Shown here: positions 23,077 through 36,763 of the stretch, in pieces
Layout: each line of letters starts with the position of its first letter
Position numbering within the stretch: the first letter of the stretch is position 1
Source of the DNA: Zancudomyces culisetae HAW-14-8
Taxonomy: Eukaryota > Fungi > Kickxellomycota
Direction: 5' to 3'
Assembly: GCA_052426225.1 (NCBI GenBank)
Contig: JBNJNM010000013.1
Span: 992,001-1,056,000, forward strand
Length of the DNA: 64,000 nucleotides
The notes under the pieces: generated by a model
Databases searched by the model: none
What the model saw: only the letters and a program-made list of their open reading frames with translations
Told to the model about the DNA's origin: nothing
Made by a program: the position numbers and the translations under genes

Positions 23077-25476
23077 TTAAATAGTCGGAGAGCTTTTTTT
23101 TGCCGAATGTTCGGTGTCTAAAGCCTTGGAAAAAGAATTACGCCGTGAATCGACCTGCTCATTAATAGCGCTGAACTTTGAATTGGAAAATGATTCCTTC
23201 ACCACATTTCCGGGCATATAGCGAGCGCTGATGGGCTTAAAATTCTCATGGAGATCCAAAGAGCAAATGCTTTCTTTATCGCTGTCTTTACCAAGGTCTG
23301 TTTGAACCTCAGTTGCGCTGGGAGATAAAGACCCTTCCCTTTCATCACGTTCCTCTTGAAGGTTTGAATGGGAACTTTGACTTGAACTGTGTTGGTGACC
23401 AGTAGAAATACTGATGCCTTTATCATTCTCTGACAAGTCGTGTTTATTTTGAATGATTAAATCAGAAAGCCCCTGGGAAATCATCTGCTCACCGTGCCCG
23501 CTTTTTGTAGGAGAGGAGGCGGATATAGATTCAGTTTTTTCTGTGATTGGTTTCTCAGGCCCCTCGCCAGTCCTTGTGGAATCACTCTGCTTGTCCAGAT
23601 CAGAATCTTCGGGTTTAGGATTTGAAAAAGTTAAGCCACTGTCACACATTTTCTTGATTAGGAAGTCTACATCAGCCGAATTTTCTAACCTTCTTTCGTA
23701 TCTATTGGCAAGGACTCGTTGTTCCTCGGGTAAATTTTCTAATCCCTTAATACTCACTGAGATCCTTCTCTGTGAAGCGTCGTCTATATCAGACCCGTTG
23801 TCATCAACATGCTCAATTTTGTTGTGTATTTCAACACTCACCTCAGAAATGTCATCTAGGATTACTGTTCGATTTTCATTTGATTTACTTGCTGGTTTTG
23901 ACAAAGCTTTCGTTTCTTGTGGCACAACAGAATTAGATGTCGCTACCTCGCTATGTGTATCATTTTTTGATGTTTGATCGTTATTATTGGTGTTCTTTTC
24001 ATCCAAGTTTTTTTCCGATTTCACTAGTGTCGACTTATTTGAAGTTATTGTCGAGTCAACTTCAGGTATATCTTTGGCAGATGGATAATCTCCAGGTGTT
24101 TGATTATTATATGCTGCAGCGGCCTGAGTCGGTGTGTTATTTTTCCCTTCCAAGGAACTATCTGGTGCATTCTCTACAACATCACTGCCATTAAATTCCG
24201 ATATCGTTTTGTAAGCACCAACTCTTTTGGGAGCTGCCGCAGCCATCATAGCATCAGGATTAATAACATTCTTTTCCACAAAACCTCTGAATTGCATATA
24301 TTCGAAATAATCAAAATTCAAAAACTCCTTATTTGCACGAAGCAACTCTGCTTCGATTCTCATGTTGTGAGACTTTCTTCTTCCACGAGGGTTTTGAACC
24401 TGGTGCTGTTCTTCATACTCAGCTGCCGCCTCTTCAAGTTCATGAATTATGTCAAAATTTGAGGTGTCGCTCTCAGGAACAAACGGCGGTCGTGCCTGTT
24501 TTGTTTCTATATTGTTCCAATCTATAACCTTGAAAAACTCGGTTTTTGCTATCTCTTTGTACGGGTTTGTTCCATGACAGCCCAATCTTTTTTTCGGATC
24601 TCTCTCCAAAAATCCTTTAAGTGCCACAATACACTCTTTGCTTATTCTTGCACCCATCCACTCTGGAAACTTTATGGGTGTGTTAAGTATCGATTGGCAT
24701 ATCTCACCTGTCGTTTCGCCCACAAATGGTCGCGCTTTATAAACACACTCGTACATAACTACTCCCGTCGACCACCAATCAACGCTAAACGCGTAGCCTT
24801 CGTCTCCGAGAAGCTCTGGCGCCATATAAGATACAGTTCCTGATTTTTCGTAAAGTAGCTGATTCTTCTTTTTTATACATGCTGCTACGTTAAAGTCAGT
24901 TAACGCTATGTGCCCCTTGCTATCCATTAGTATATTCTCTGGCTTAACATCACGATGAACTATTCCCCTATGGTGTAGATAAGACAGTCCTGAGCAAAGC
25001 TCAGCAATCCAAAATCTGATCACCCTTTCGTCAAATCTTTTGCGGTCTATATGGAATCGCAAATCTCCCCCAATCATCAGATCCATCACCATAAACATAT
25101 TTACTTCGTTTTGAAATGAAAAGCGCAGATTGACGACATAAGGATGCTCGATCTCTTCCAGAAGATCTCTTTCTCGTATAATAAGCGTTAATGCACCCAT
25201 CCTCACACATTTGTCTTTGTTTATATACTTCATTGCATAAAGTGTCTTGTTCTTTTTGTACTCGACCACTCTTACCTATATATAAATACATATCATAAAT
25301 ATATATAATTTATCACCGAAAATACTCATTGAACAAAAATCATTAACCATTCTTGATACACCAAGAATACTCACCTTTCCAAAGGCACCCTTGCCGATAC
25401 TTTTCAGCAGTCTAAAGTTGCCAATTGTAACTTTATCACCGGGCTGACCACCCTGTTTAGTTGCTTGTGCTCCCAT
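23077..25476 (-). CDS. AGC Ser/Thr kinase, STK32/YANK-like, with long acidic disordered C-tail; exon 1 25476-25375, exon 2 25275-23077
   Basis: MGAQATK (myristoylation-like N-terminus), IGKGAFGK|VRVV, YAMKYINK, HRDVKPENIL, and DFN in place of DFG (an STK32/YANK hallmark), YMAPE. Confidence 0.85.
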
Positions 25477-27370
25477 TCTCTTCCAATATTATTACTTGTT
25501 TTTTTCTCTTTTTAAATTACAATACACAATTGTCAATACCACACCTACAAAAAGATATGGATATGACACAATCTACACCTTTTCCGATAGGGTTTTATAT
25601 CTTTTCCAAGAATATCGTTCCCGGACTATTTTTGCTGCTCTTTTTTTGGGGAGGATGTATCACGTCCTTGAATTTTAAACTTCAAACAGTTATGTATCGT
25701 TGTATTCTTTAACTTGTTCTAAATTCATACCCCTCGGCTTTTGAGTGGTTTTTAAAGGATTAAGGCCTTTTCTTATTTGATTTGTAACACTTGAGTGATT
25801 ATTTGTTTCGATGTAAAAAATAAAGATAAATTCGACGCTACCCTCGATGAGATATCTAGAAAAAATACAAATGTGTTTTCGAATATTCCTGTTTTGCAGA
25901 GATAGTAAAACTACTTTTACAACATTTAGAATCGCTCTTGTAAAAAAAAAAAAGCCCTGCATATATTAAATATTAAGCTCTTTTTCGAAGAGGGGTTTTG
26001 CATGGATTTTAGATGCAATTTTTAATCTAAGCACTGGCAACAAAGCCAAATTTAAAAATCGTATTTGTGGATAAAAGGTACACAAATTGCTACAATATTT
26101 ACTATCCACTAAAAATTGCCTTTATTTTTTTGCTACAACTACCCTTGGTTAAAGATATAGCAATTACTACTATTTGTTACTCTTATTTGCGTTATTACAA
26201 ATATTTGTAGTATTGGAAAAGCACATGAAAAAATTAAAACCTGATTACAAAGCACAATTTTAACAGGCGATTGGATGTCACAAAGATACCGAATTCCTTT
26301 TTTCGGGTTATAAATAAGCCACTGGCTGCTATATTAGTAAGGGCAGTAAACAAATATCACAACAGTAACCATACTTGTGTCCTAAATTAATCTTTTTTTT
26401 TCCGTTGCTTGATGTTGAGTTTGTGTGGTAATCGGAGGCAAGTGGGTGGGGGTAGATGAGAGGTTGGAATTTCAGCATTGTTAGTGATTTCCATATTTGG
26501 GGGTGCTGGTTTTAGATAAACAAGACGAGCCCTGTGTCCAAATCGAATAAAGTGGCTAGATCAAAGCCACTCATTACAGGAATAAGAAATTGAGTTTGAG
26601 ACTCATTCTTTTTTTTTTTGCTACCAGGGCTCGAAACTCAGCTTGATAAATCTGTATTTTCAGCAATTCCACAGTTCAGGATAACAACATCATTTGACAG
26701 TTTTGATCATATTTGAGAGTTAATTAAACAAAGGAAACAATCTATTCTAGGAAGGGAGAGCAAAGAGGCGAATTCTGATAAGAGGGGGAAGGTAGCCACT
26801 TTAGAAAAAAGGGATTTTTAGGGTCAATATTTGTGAACACAAGAAATATATCCAATAGTAGATGCTCAAAATAAAATTAAAAAAGGATCACTAACAAACG
26901 GAAAGCAAAAAAAAAATGAAACATTGGCAGGTTTATTGCAAAATTCTCCCAGTCCTGTTAGAGCAACTCAACCCCCCCCACTAAAACTGTCTCTGTATTG
27001 GCTGAAAACAGCCCTCCCTCCTCGCTACAATGTTAGGAGGAGGTATGTGCAAAAACACCAGCTTCATTAGCTGCTATTACCTGCACACATCGCGCTTTTG
27101 CCTGTAAAAAGCCCTTAGCGGTCCCCTTTTACAATGGCTAGGAAAATATTCTGCAATGTGTTGCTGCTAATAAAGCGAGTTAACGCACTTGTATACGCAT
27201 CAGCCATTATGGAAACATAGTTAATAACTATAAGAAAACAGCTTTGAGCTAAAGAAGCGGATTTGAAAACAGTAGTTGAAATGTAGAAATGTATTGAATT
27301 TATAGCTGCGATAGCAGTGGAAGCAGCTTGTCAGTACAAAAAATGAGTGTGGTAAATAGATTATAGTGGA

Positions 27371-29214
27371 TCAGTCTAATTCTGATTGGATCAAAACCAA
27401 CTCTTCATGATAAATCACATCCTTTACAGCTGGATCTGTATCAAGAGCGTCAATTAAGTTACCACCATATTTCCCGTTATGGCAGTTCCTTTGGCATGAG
27501 AAAACAAGGATAGTACCAAACTCCATTCCGATCCCTGAAGAGTGGAAAACTGTGTTTTTCATACCATGCTCTGCTTTGGGATTTTTTGGAGCATCAGGCA
27601 TAGAAAGCCCATCCAACTTTAGCACAGAGATAAGAGATGGCATGACTTGTAGTTCAAATGTTCTAGGTCCCTTGCATAGGGGGCATTTAGGAAGCTTTTT
27701 TGTGCTATAGGAATTAATCTTGATATCCTCGTCACTATCCTCGTCACTGTATACAGTGGACTGCTCCTCCACTTCAGTAAGCGTGTTCCCAGGTAGATTC
27801 GATCTTTGTGTCACATTTTCAACCGTTTCTGTTATAAGCGTTTTTGCAGTTTTGTCCTTTAAAGTGTAGAACAAGGGAACTCCACCGAACTGATATCTGA
27901 CAACCTGTTCAGGGTTTTTCCCAAATATAGACATAAACTTTACCATTGCCTCGTCCATTCCCCTCGGGAGCTTTGAGTTTTCATATTTTTCACCCTCCCA
28001 TTTTTCATCTTTGTCATTTTTTAATGATACATCTTCCACTGGATTAGTTGAACTTTTCTTTTTTCCAGGAATATCTTCAAAATTAGAACCATTAAAGGCC
28101 TCCTCTTCTGTATCCAAGTAGAGACTCGTGGCATGAGGTATGATCGTGGGCCATTCGCCAACTTTTTCCGATCCCATGACGTTTTTATTGCCATCTTGTA
28201 TTCTCAACTCTTGAAGTTCATCTTCTATTTTTTTTTCCTGTGAAATTGGCTTGGCTCCGAAAACGTCTACACTGTTCCCAGAAAATACAGTACTCTGACT
28301 TGGTGGAGAGAAAATAAACGAACTGATGCTTTTCTTGTCTGTGGAGCTAGTGGCATTGCCTAAAACACTGGCTTGTACATTTTTTGCTCCCCAGATTGTG
28401 GTAAACTAGTGGAGAAGAGTATTAAAAAGATTCAGAAGAAATAAAAGAAAAAGAAAAAGACAAAGATATGGTGCAGTATGGATTTTTAAACCATTTTTAC
28501 ATTTTCTTTTCGCACACTTTTCCTCCTTTTTGTAGAAAAGCACGATAAGGTGGTGAAAAACGCTACATAAGAAATGTGGTATGGACTTACATCGAGCTTT
28601 TTTGTAGAATCGAGTGGGTTTGCGCTTTTTGACTTGCTGTTGCTATCCATCTTTTTTTTTGGTTTTGAATTTTTTCGCTTAACTTGCAACTTCCGCAAGT
28701 AATCGTTATTGATCAGCTGTCCTCGTAAGACCTTAAAGCTATTAAGTTATGACGTATTGTACTATTTGTTTCTTGACCTTTTGTTTTGAATTTGGACATG
28801 ACGATCCCCAAAAACTTACTAGTATTTACATAAGATATGTACCTTCCATTGGCTACACTACATTCTTTTTTGTTACAGCCCCATACGTAAATAAATCTAT
28901 CAAACGGCGAATCCTCAATCGGTGCGAATATTTGGAGTAACAGCACCATGGGCTGTGTACATGAGTCGCAACTGGCCTTTTTTACGTCTGGCTTTATCTC
29001 GCGTTCCCCGATCTTCAGCCAGCTCTATTTTAAAGTGGATAATAAGCACAAAATCTTCAAGTAATCGATCCAGACCTATATACATATGCCAATTTATAAA
29101 ATGCAAACTTACTGGAACCCCGCCAAGCTTATTAACATATGGGTCCTTGCTATCGTTTTGGGATTGCTCCCCATCCGGATATCCAAGCAACACTGGATCA
29201 ACTAGCTTTCTCAT
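27371..29214 (-). CDS. TSR4: PDCD2-like / Tsr4 (uS5 chaperone, 20S rRNA accumulation protein), multi-exon
   Basis: N-terminal VLLGYPD...NKLGGVP and LLLQIFAP..SPFDRFIYVWGC. C-terminal PDCD2_C-type QVVRYQFGGVPL..CPLCKGPRTFELQVMP..MEFGTILVFSC. Confidence 0.82.
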
Positions 29215-29278
29215 ATCCAAGCTATGATTCTTTGACTCTTTTCTCTGCTTTTAAACGATCGCTGCAAATTAGGTTTTT

Positions 29279-29294
29279 AAAAAAAAATTTTTTT
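29279..29294 (-). promoter_or_regulatory. RRPE-like tract upstream of TSR4
   Basis: A9T7, 65-80 bp upstream of the ATG at 29214. Confidence 0.35.
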
Positions 29295-32200
29295 GGGGGG
29301 GGGATCAATAAAACTGAATAAAGAGACAAAGTAATGGAAGAACGGTATTGAAATATGATCAACTTTTTCCTCCACTGGTTCCTGAAAATTACAAATCGCA
29401 CGTGATGAACTGTGTCTAGAAAAAAATGAGTGCAATATGGAAAAGGAAGCCCCCCCTCACAGCACTGAAAGAGCATCTTCGATATGAACTTATCATAGAG
29501 TAGCAATACGAGTACACAGAACGCACACGTGGTTAAATAGAATTTTGACATGCGAGTCGAGTTTTTAGTATGCACTACTGTCATTTAAAACTAATACCAC
29601 GGCTCCAATCAACCTAATATACACATTTTCTTGCCATTGTAGATGGTTGACTCTTTTTAATTTATTGGGGATTAAAAACACATACAAATACTATAATATC
29701 TTGGGTATAAATAAACTAAAAGCACGCAATATAAACTTCATTTTTTTAGTTAAAAAAAGGTTTTCAGTCAATGGAATCAGCCTTAACCTTTCCATGGTTA
29801 GCTTCCAGTATGTTTTTTAGTGGCTTCAAACTGCTCGGAGCTCATAACCTATATATAGCAATCTTTAAGATTTAGTTCTCAGCGCATTAAAAATATGACT
29901 GTTAGTATAAAGAGTATCGCATCCAAACACTTACATTAACCTTGCTGAACAACTTTGTCCCCTGGCCCTCTTCATGTTCTCCATAATCCTCACTACCAGT
30001 GCCCCAGTTGTGACCTCCACCTCCACTTTTTTTTATTAAGCCTCGACAATCACCACCATTTCTATTTTTGATTCACAAGATATTTATTAGGTCTAGAGTG
30101 AGGTAAAAATATTGAGATTATAGGTAAAATATAAAGGGATGTTAACTAGCCTCGGGACTCTTTACAAAAAACTCCGACCAAAAAGAAAGAAAACTGAGCT
30201 TTCAAAGTACACATACAGTATAAGTATCCTAAAATTTTATAACTTCAAAGCTGACATACCTGCTTAGATGGCGGTCGCTGCTAGAGTTACCTTGCTTGTG
30301 GGGCTTCAACACCATTATCACTTTTACTTTTGAATTATCTCAAAGCTGATATCACGCTTTTCTCTCTTTTATTGCTACCGAAGCTTAATACTTCTTTTCC
30401 TAATTAAAGACCAAGTTAATGTAAAATAACATAAAACGGGAAATGTACTGTGAAACACGACCGGGACTTTTTTGTTTCATTATATACTAGTTTGTTCGTT
30501 CGAAATACCCACCTACATTGTTGATTTTACCTGCCTGAAAACGAACCACTTAATTTTTATTTCTGATATTGCAAATGCAAAAAGTAATTGGTTCTGCCAA
30601 AAAAAAATAGCTGGCAAATGCTCACATGGCCATCTTTGCGCTCTTCTGGTTTGCCTCTTGATTTTCCACGACAATCACTGCGTCAAGTAATTTACCTGCT
30701 ATACCCACCAAGCATTCAACCAAGTCGAGCAAATTTGTTGGATTCAAGTGCAAGGATAAACAGGGATAGAAAGTGCTAGTGTATTCAAGTAGCTTCGTGT
30801 ATATTATAGAAATCAGGTTACTTGACTGACTCTAGTCGTTGATTTGTGAGTATTTTTACCAATCAAGTATATTTCAAAAACCGGCAATTTTGCCTGTTTA
30901 GCCTAAACAATTAAACTAGATTATGCAATAGTAAAGCACTGATAATATAATAAAAGCCAGTCCCTGCCGCATTTTAAATTGCGGGAAAATACACAAAAAA
31001 TAGGGCTGGTATTATAGCAAACATCATATATTACGCAAACAAAAATGCATTTTTCCTGCTCAACTAAACGAATGGTACAAAACAGACAGGTAGCCCAAGA
31101 CAAGATATTATTTTTGTATGCCAATACCCTATTTATCACCCCCAACCTTACTATATCTATTGATCCTCTGCTTTTTCCTCACGATATTTGAGAAGAAACA
31201 CAGTTTGCAATCGGAAAGAAGTATGAAATTAAATACCTCATCCCAATCATCAGAGCAATACTTTATGCTTGTTTTTAATGCTAATTGAAAAAGAAAACAT
31301 CGTGCTCTTTTGAGACTCTAAAAATAGTGAGATAAGAACATTTGTGATAGCACTGCAGCGATAACACAGACCTTTGAGTAATAGGAACAGAATTCCTTCC
31401 TTGTTTATTTTTTGTTCTTGAATTCAGTTTGATAATTTTGTGGTTTGGTATCATCTGATCTTGCAAGATTCTTTGATGAATTTGCCGCAAAAAAATATAG
31501 TCGGCTTTTTGTTCTATGCAACCTAGGAAAAAAAAGCCCAACATTTTTTTTGAAAAGCTCCCAGGCCAATTGGCCAACTGTTGTTTTAATTCGCACCACC
31601 CACCTCCTAAAAGCGAGCAAACACAAAAATAGAAAGCATAAACACCACTCGCTCTATCTAGTTCAAACAATTAACCAAACTGAACTTTTCTATCCCTGTT
31701 ATCAATCTTGCGAAGCGCTTACTAGTGGAGCTACTTACTGGTTACGCTACCTTACAATGATTTTGGAAAACGAGGACCAAGAGCGCGATTGAGAAAACGG
31801 CACGAAGATTTCTGTTTTTAAAAGAATAACAAGAGAAAGTGCATTTGTTTTGAGACCGGCTTTGAGGTAATTTTAATCAATGCACACAAAAGCTAAATGA
31901 ATAAATTTAATAATGATGAAAGCTTTGATGTATCAAACTAATTTCTACATGACGAAGTTCTGGATTTGTTTTTATCACGAGTTTCCTTGGTTTTTCTCTT
32001 TTAGATGATCGAGAAATACATACATCGAACCCGAGATATTAAAAATCAAGATCTTTTATTATTGAAAACATCTTCTCTCTGACTTGAACTTACTCTTGCA
32101 AAGCACGACTATTGTTTGCATTTTTTTTCTAATTCATCCCCCTTATCATCTTATATTTATAGAACGCCTGGCCTGGTAAAAATCACAAAAATAGCGAAAA

Positions 32201-32684
32201 TCAACTATAATATTAATGGTATGGGACTTTGAGGATTGAAATGCAACTGTACGCCGATCCTTAGTATCAACTTTATACCTCTTTCTTTTTCTTTTTTTTG
32301 ATGTTAGACGTATAGTAGCTAATATATGTTTCGTTATGCACATATACACGGCTAAGACAGGTCAATTATGCCTTGATGCTGATAACCGATATGTGGCTAT
32401 TTATTTCCCAGTTATTGAAAATATGAATATGGGCTGCAGTCGCATGAAAAGATGTTTTGAGGCATCTACCATCTTAGAAGCATAACAGCTCATCTCGTAT
32501 ACATTTACCAGTATCTAGAGCCGATTTATTTGGAAGGTATCATTTCACCTCATCAAAAACAATGATAATATACTCTGTTTTTTTTGGAATTTTTATTAGA
32601 TAAAGAAATAATAGCTACACATTGCTATACTCTCAGGTACCTGTTCTTCACAACCAAAAACTATATCTACACGAACTTATTAAA

Positions 32685-33443
32685 CTAAGGAGACGTTTCT
32701 ACGGTACCAACAACACTTTCTTTATTTTTGATTGCCTGCTCCTCAAGCTCTGCCTGACTGCCTTCGGCCTGAGTCTCTATAGATTCGATACTATACTTGT
32801 CCAACGATCCTAAAGACCCAGAGCTTAGGCTATGTTTTTTGAAATAATGGAGTTTAGGATTAAACAGGCGGATAATAATGAGAGACAGTATAAAGTATAT
32901 CACGAATATACCCCAGGAAACACCACATCCAACAAGTAGACTCACGCAATGGTTCATATTTTTGGCTGCCCCTTCAGCTCCCTTTAGACACTCGTGCATT
33001 TGCGATTTGTATATTCTAATTAGCGTGGATAACGAGACTGATGCTGCGGACCACAATGATATTATTATTACTGTAATAACCAGCTCTGATTTTGGTTTAA
33101 TGATATAACTGAATATCTTGAGGGTAGTAGACATATCCTCTTCAGCATTTTCGTTGTCTTCATTCGCTCTATAATAATTTCTCAGCATAAATGATGAGAC
33201 AAAAAGGAACATAGTCCAGAAGAGCGTCAAGCAGGCTAGAATTATAGTAAAGATTTCAGACTCTTTTACTTCTATTCTATTCAGAAATTCGATATTGTCA
33301 ACAGCTGTTGAAATTGTACCGATTACAATTACCGCGAGCACAAAGACTAGTAGATAGGTGTAGAATCTAAGTTTATATGCAAACTTTGACGCTTTTATAC
33401 TAGCTTCGCTGATCTTTTCTGTTACCTGGATGTCATTAAGCAT
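32685..33443 (-). CDS. MARVEL-like four-TM membrane protein
   Basis: Four hydrophobic segments, with 'ELVITVIIISLWSAAS' and 'C..L..GCGVSW' as is typical of fungal MARVEL domains. Confidence 0.6.
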   Translation of the reverse strand: MLNDIQVTEKISEASIKASKFAYKLRFYTYLLVFVLAVIVIGTISTAVDNIEFLNRIEVKESEIFTIILACLTLFWTMFLFVSSFMLRNYYRANEDNENAEEDMSTTLKIFSYIIKPKSELVITVIIISLWSAASVSLSTLIRIYKSQMHECLKGAEGAAKNMNHCVSLLVGCGVSWGIFVIYFILSLIIIRLFNPKLHYFKKHSLSSGSLGSLDKYSIESIETQAEGSQAELEEQAIKNKESVVGTVETSP

Positions 33444-34707
33444 CTTTTTTTTTACTTTTTTTTTTCTTTACTTCTTATCAATCAGAACGAAATAGTTACT
33501 TCAAATGTCCTTTCCTAAGGATCTTCAAGTTGTTTTTTATTGTTTATCTTATGAACTACGAGTGTAGTGAACAATTTAGACGCTTCTTCCGTTCAATATT
33601 AATATATTGTATTCTTTACAACCTACCTGCTATATTTATTGAGTTTAAATTGCGTGATTCTAGGATAAACTATATCTGTATGAACTACTTTTTTTGTTTT
33701 CTTATAAGGGAATTATAGTAAATATCACAAAAGAAATATAGGTGTGGTAAAAAAAAAAGACATGGTGGGAAAGGCTGGTACTAATATACAAAAATTGCAG
33801 CTAGTAGCCCTTTATAGCTAGCCTCTATATTTTGTTGTTGTTTTTTGTTAAAACAGTATAAAGTTTCAAATACACTCCAAGAATAAAAGAATTATGGCTA
33901 AACACAGAACTCTAACAAAGTAAGTGTAAATGATCTGAAAAGTTCAAGAAAAAATATCTATAATGTAATATAGCAATAAAATATTCCGTACACACAAACA
34001 TTTAAAAGTACTAGATGTCTCATTGTTTGCGGCAACTCTACACTAATGGTTTCACTGCCTCCTTTTTATCGCTCCACTTTAAATAAACTTTATAGTTCTC
34101 TAACTAATTTGTAACAATGTTTGGCATTTCATTAAGCGTTTTTATAATCAAACTAAGATGGGTTTGTTTGAATATAACATAAAGTTGGTGTGATACATGG
34201 AAACTCTACGGAAAATGTTCATAAAATTACTTGCACTTCTATCTCGGTTGATAAAAATGTGCCATACAATAGTGATGTTCACAGTTTATAACATTCATGC
34301 TATCATTATGACTGTGCTGTACGTTTGATGGTTTTCTGTAATTGTATAGTGACTTTGCATTTGTTTATGCCTAGTGGTAGCAGGCTCTATATCATCCACT
34401 GACGGACGATAGTTAAAGTATGTCGCCGCCAACAATTAACATAATGTGCCTCGCTTTTTTATTTCACTAAGGTTATGGTTGGTGTTTTTTAAACTTACAA
34501 GCGGTTCGGATACAACCTTCAGTTTATTTCGGTTTTGAAATGATGGATCTGTGAGGTAGCCGTTTATCCAATAAACCAAGGGAAATCACTGGTAATGAAA
34601 ACATTTGAGGAGCAAAGAAAAAATAAAACAGTAATGAATCATGGTTAAAATGAATAACAGCTTTTGACTTTATGCAGGAATAAAAACAAGAAAGAAATAC
34701 TTTAAAA

Positions 34708-36756
34708 ATGGATGAGAATCAGGCAAATGATTCAGGAGTTGACGAATTAAACAGGTATTTACCAATATATTAACAGTTAAATATTAAAGAATCAACATAA
34801 AGACTCGATACATTTTTTTTACCACTCAAGTAATCAATAAAAAGAATATTAAACTAACATTGATTGTATGGTGGGTAGTGAGGAGTACGAATTTGAATTT
34901 GGAAACATAACTGACGATGAGGATTGTGATTTTGAACCTGTAGAAGAGTACAAAGGTAAGAAAACTGGTTACCCAAAACACAAAATCTATAATGATCGTA
35001 TGGAAAGTAACATAGTCAGGGGAAAAAAACTATAGAAGAAAGCGAAGAATACGTCAACGACAGACAGGATGAGAGTAGTGAGATCGAACTTGAACCGGAG
35101 GGTGTGGAAGTGGAGGTAGAAGGAATAAATCTTGGAAAGCAACAAAAGAACAAACGAGTGGGAATTACAAATAAGGACAGGGAGAAAAGGAGGCAAATCC
35201 ACGTAGCGCACCTAATTAGTCTAGTTGCATGCTGTTTGATATTAAATGATGTCGCAAATAACGTTGGTTTTCAAAGAGAGGTTATGAAAAGCATATCAAG
35301 ATCGAACAAAGATAGAGAATTGGAAAGTAAGTTAAGAGAAATCGCAAAGATTGGTGAAACTCAGTTTGGGATAGTGGACTACCAAAACGTAGAACACACA
35401 ATACGAAAGGTATTCAGCAGTGTAGAGAACTGGATGAATGCTCTTATATATAAAAAGAAACGGAAAAGCACTTTTATGGATGGGGGAGGGATGGAAAAGG
35501 AAAAGGTGTATATGAAACAAATATTGGGACGCCAAGATGGCAATATGGCAGGATATATAAGAAAACAAATTATAATAGGAGGCATTTTTAGAGCGTGCGG
35601 AATCAGAACGAGGATATGCTTTGGAATTAGCCCAGTACCACTGCAAGTAAGAATTAATGAGTTGGTTGAAGGTGCACCTAAAAAAGAACCTAGTAGAGTT
35701 ATAGGGAATGTATGGATAGAAATCATTTACAAGGACGAATGGGTAATATTAAGCCCAAATAGTGGGAAAATAACAAATCCCAATGTTTACAATGTGGAAT
35801 TTAGAAACAAACAAATGCATAGCACCGGAGGCATAGTAGTGAATAAGGACTCTGGGGAAGGAGAGACCAAAAATTTCGATGCAATAATCCCCTATTTGGT
35901 CGCTGTAGACAATGGTGGAGGTGTGAAGGAGCTGAGGAAAAAATATTTTATCAAAAGCATGCAAAGGTTAGAAAAATATAGAATTAGGGATGAAGAAATA
36001 GGAGAAATACTAGGAGCTACTGCAACAGTCAAGGATGCAGGACATGAAATTAAAAATGAAAATGAGGAAAAAATAGCACATATTAATGAACAAAGTCGGA
36101 TACAAAGTAATATATACAACCAAAAACTACCAACAAGAGCAACAGATTTTATAAATCACAAGATATTTGCACTGGGAAGATACTTGAAACAAAACCAAGA
36201 GTTCAAGGATGGCGCAGCATGTCTGGGGTACTTTAAAGGCGAGAAAATATACTCCCGGGATGATGTGGAGGATCTATATAGTGCTTATGAATGGAAAAAG
36301 AGGGGACAGCAGGTCAAGACAAATGAAAGAGCCAGAAAAACGATACTCAGAAAAACTAATGGAAGCAGTAGCTTCAGTAGTGGAGGATTTTATGGGGGCA
36401 ACAAACGAAATTTCGAGGGAATGCTGGTAAATGAAGCAAACTCGGATGTAAGAGAGATTGAGTTGTTTGCGGAGTGGCAAACCGAGGCATACAAACCCAG
36501 AGAATTAGATATGGGCGCGATGGGAAATAAAAGAAAAGTAGAAATCCTGCACAGCAACATGATTCCACATAACGCAGTTCATTTAAAGCTGGAAAAGATT
36601 AAAGAAACAGCAAAAAGGTTAAAAATCAAATATCTAGATGTGGTAATAGGCTACGAATATAAGCATAGTGTTGGAAGAAGCGTGCCAATTGTAGAAGGAA
36701 TATTAATACTTAAAGAAGACGAAGAAATGTTGCTAAGAGAGTATAGCTTGGAATGA
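34708..36756 (+). CDS. RAD4: DNA damage recognition protein Rad4/XPC; two short 5' exons plus a long third exon
   Basis: RRQIHVAHLISL, FRACGIRTR, VWIEI, BHD1 'LPT...FINHKIFALGRYLKQNQ', 'GEKIYSRDDV..L.S..EWKK.G', 'LFAEWQTE.Y', BHD3 'VIGYEY..GRSVPIVEGI'. Confidence 0.85.
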
Positions 36757-36763
36757 AGAGTAT

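Noticed and set aside
29402-29468. GTGATGA...CTGA, possible C/D snoRNA
   Set aside because: No terminal stem or recognisable rRNA guide; such short boxes are expected by chance.
29815-29840. GGCTTCAAAC resembling a tRNA-Sec anticodon arm
   Set aside because: Weak stem, and no D arm, T arm or acceptor stem.
3085-36756. ERCC8 and RAD4 as an NER gene cluster
   Set aside because: About 30 kb apart with unrelated genes between them; most likely coincidence.
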